From NCBI RefSeq assembly GCF_052425735.1, contig NC_135766.1:6324001-6388000 (forward strand): DNA of 64,000 nucleotides. Reading direction: 5' to 3'. Below, in pieces: positions 63,914 to 64,000 of this stretch. This DNA is from Oculina patagonica (Eukaryota). The notes under the pieces are model-generated. The model saw nothing but the letters and a program-made list of their open reading frames with translations. It was not told where the DNA came from and searched no databases. Each line of letters begins with the position of its first letter. Within the stretch, counting starts at the first letter, position 1. The position numbers and the translations under genes are program-made.

Positions 63914-64000
63914 CCCTTAATATGCTGAAATTATTCCTAAAAACGCGTATTTTTTAACCGTTAATCGATTTTCTTGGCTCGACGGTCCAAAAATTCTCTA
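63910..64000. mobile_element. Probable piggyBac-like terminus interrupting the class A GPCR
   Basis: TTAA|CCCTT starts exactly where GPCR-like coding similarity stops; the other end is outside the window. Confidence 0.45.

Overview
AT-rich, intron-containing animal genomic DNA. It is most likely a stony coral or other anthozoan, inferred from gene content and repeat style; I cannot confirm the species. Gene order: (1) the first two coding exons of an LKAAEAR1-like gene (- strand, continuing past the window start), head-to-head with (2) a complete 10-exon DCAF13/SOF1 gene; (3) three divergent class C (CaSR/GPRC6A/mGluR-type) GPCRs arranged +,-,+, each with a different intron structure; (4) a 5'-truncated L1/Tx1-type LINE; (5) an intronless syndecan-like membrane proteoglycan followed on the same strand by (6) two 3-exon FGF1/2-like genes without signal peptides, which the ORF track mostly misses; (7) a secreted C-type lectin and the first exon of a divergently oriented paralogue; (8) a disrupted class A GPCR 3' remnant antisense inside that paralogue's intron. 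Introns and intergenic DNA carry many non-autonomous DNA transposons (Kolobok-, piggyBac-, MULE-, Tc1/mariner-, Sola-like), SINE fragments and microsatellites. The best candidate for an undescribed system is the syndecan-like plus two leaderless FGF module, followed by the class C GPCR trio. Both are hypotheses built on co-location and motifs, not demonstrated systems.
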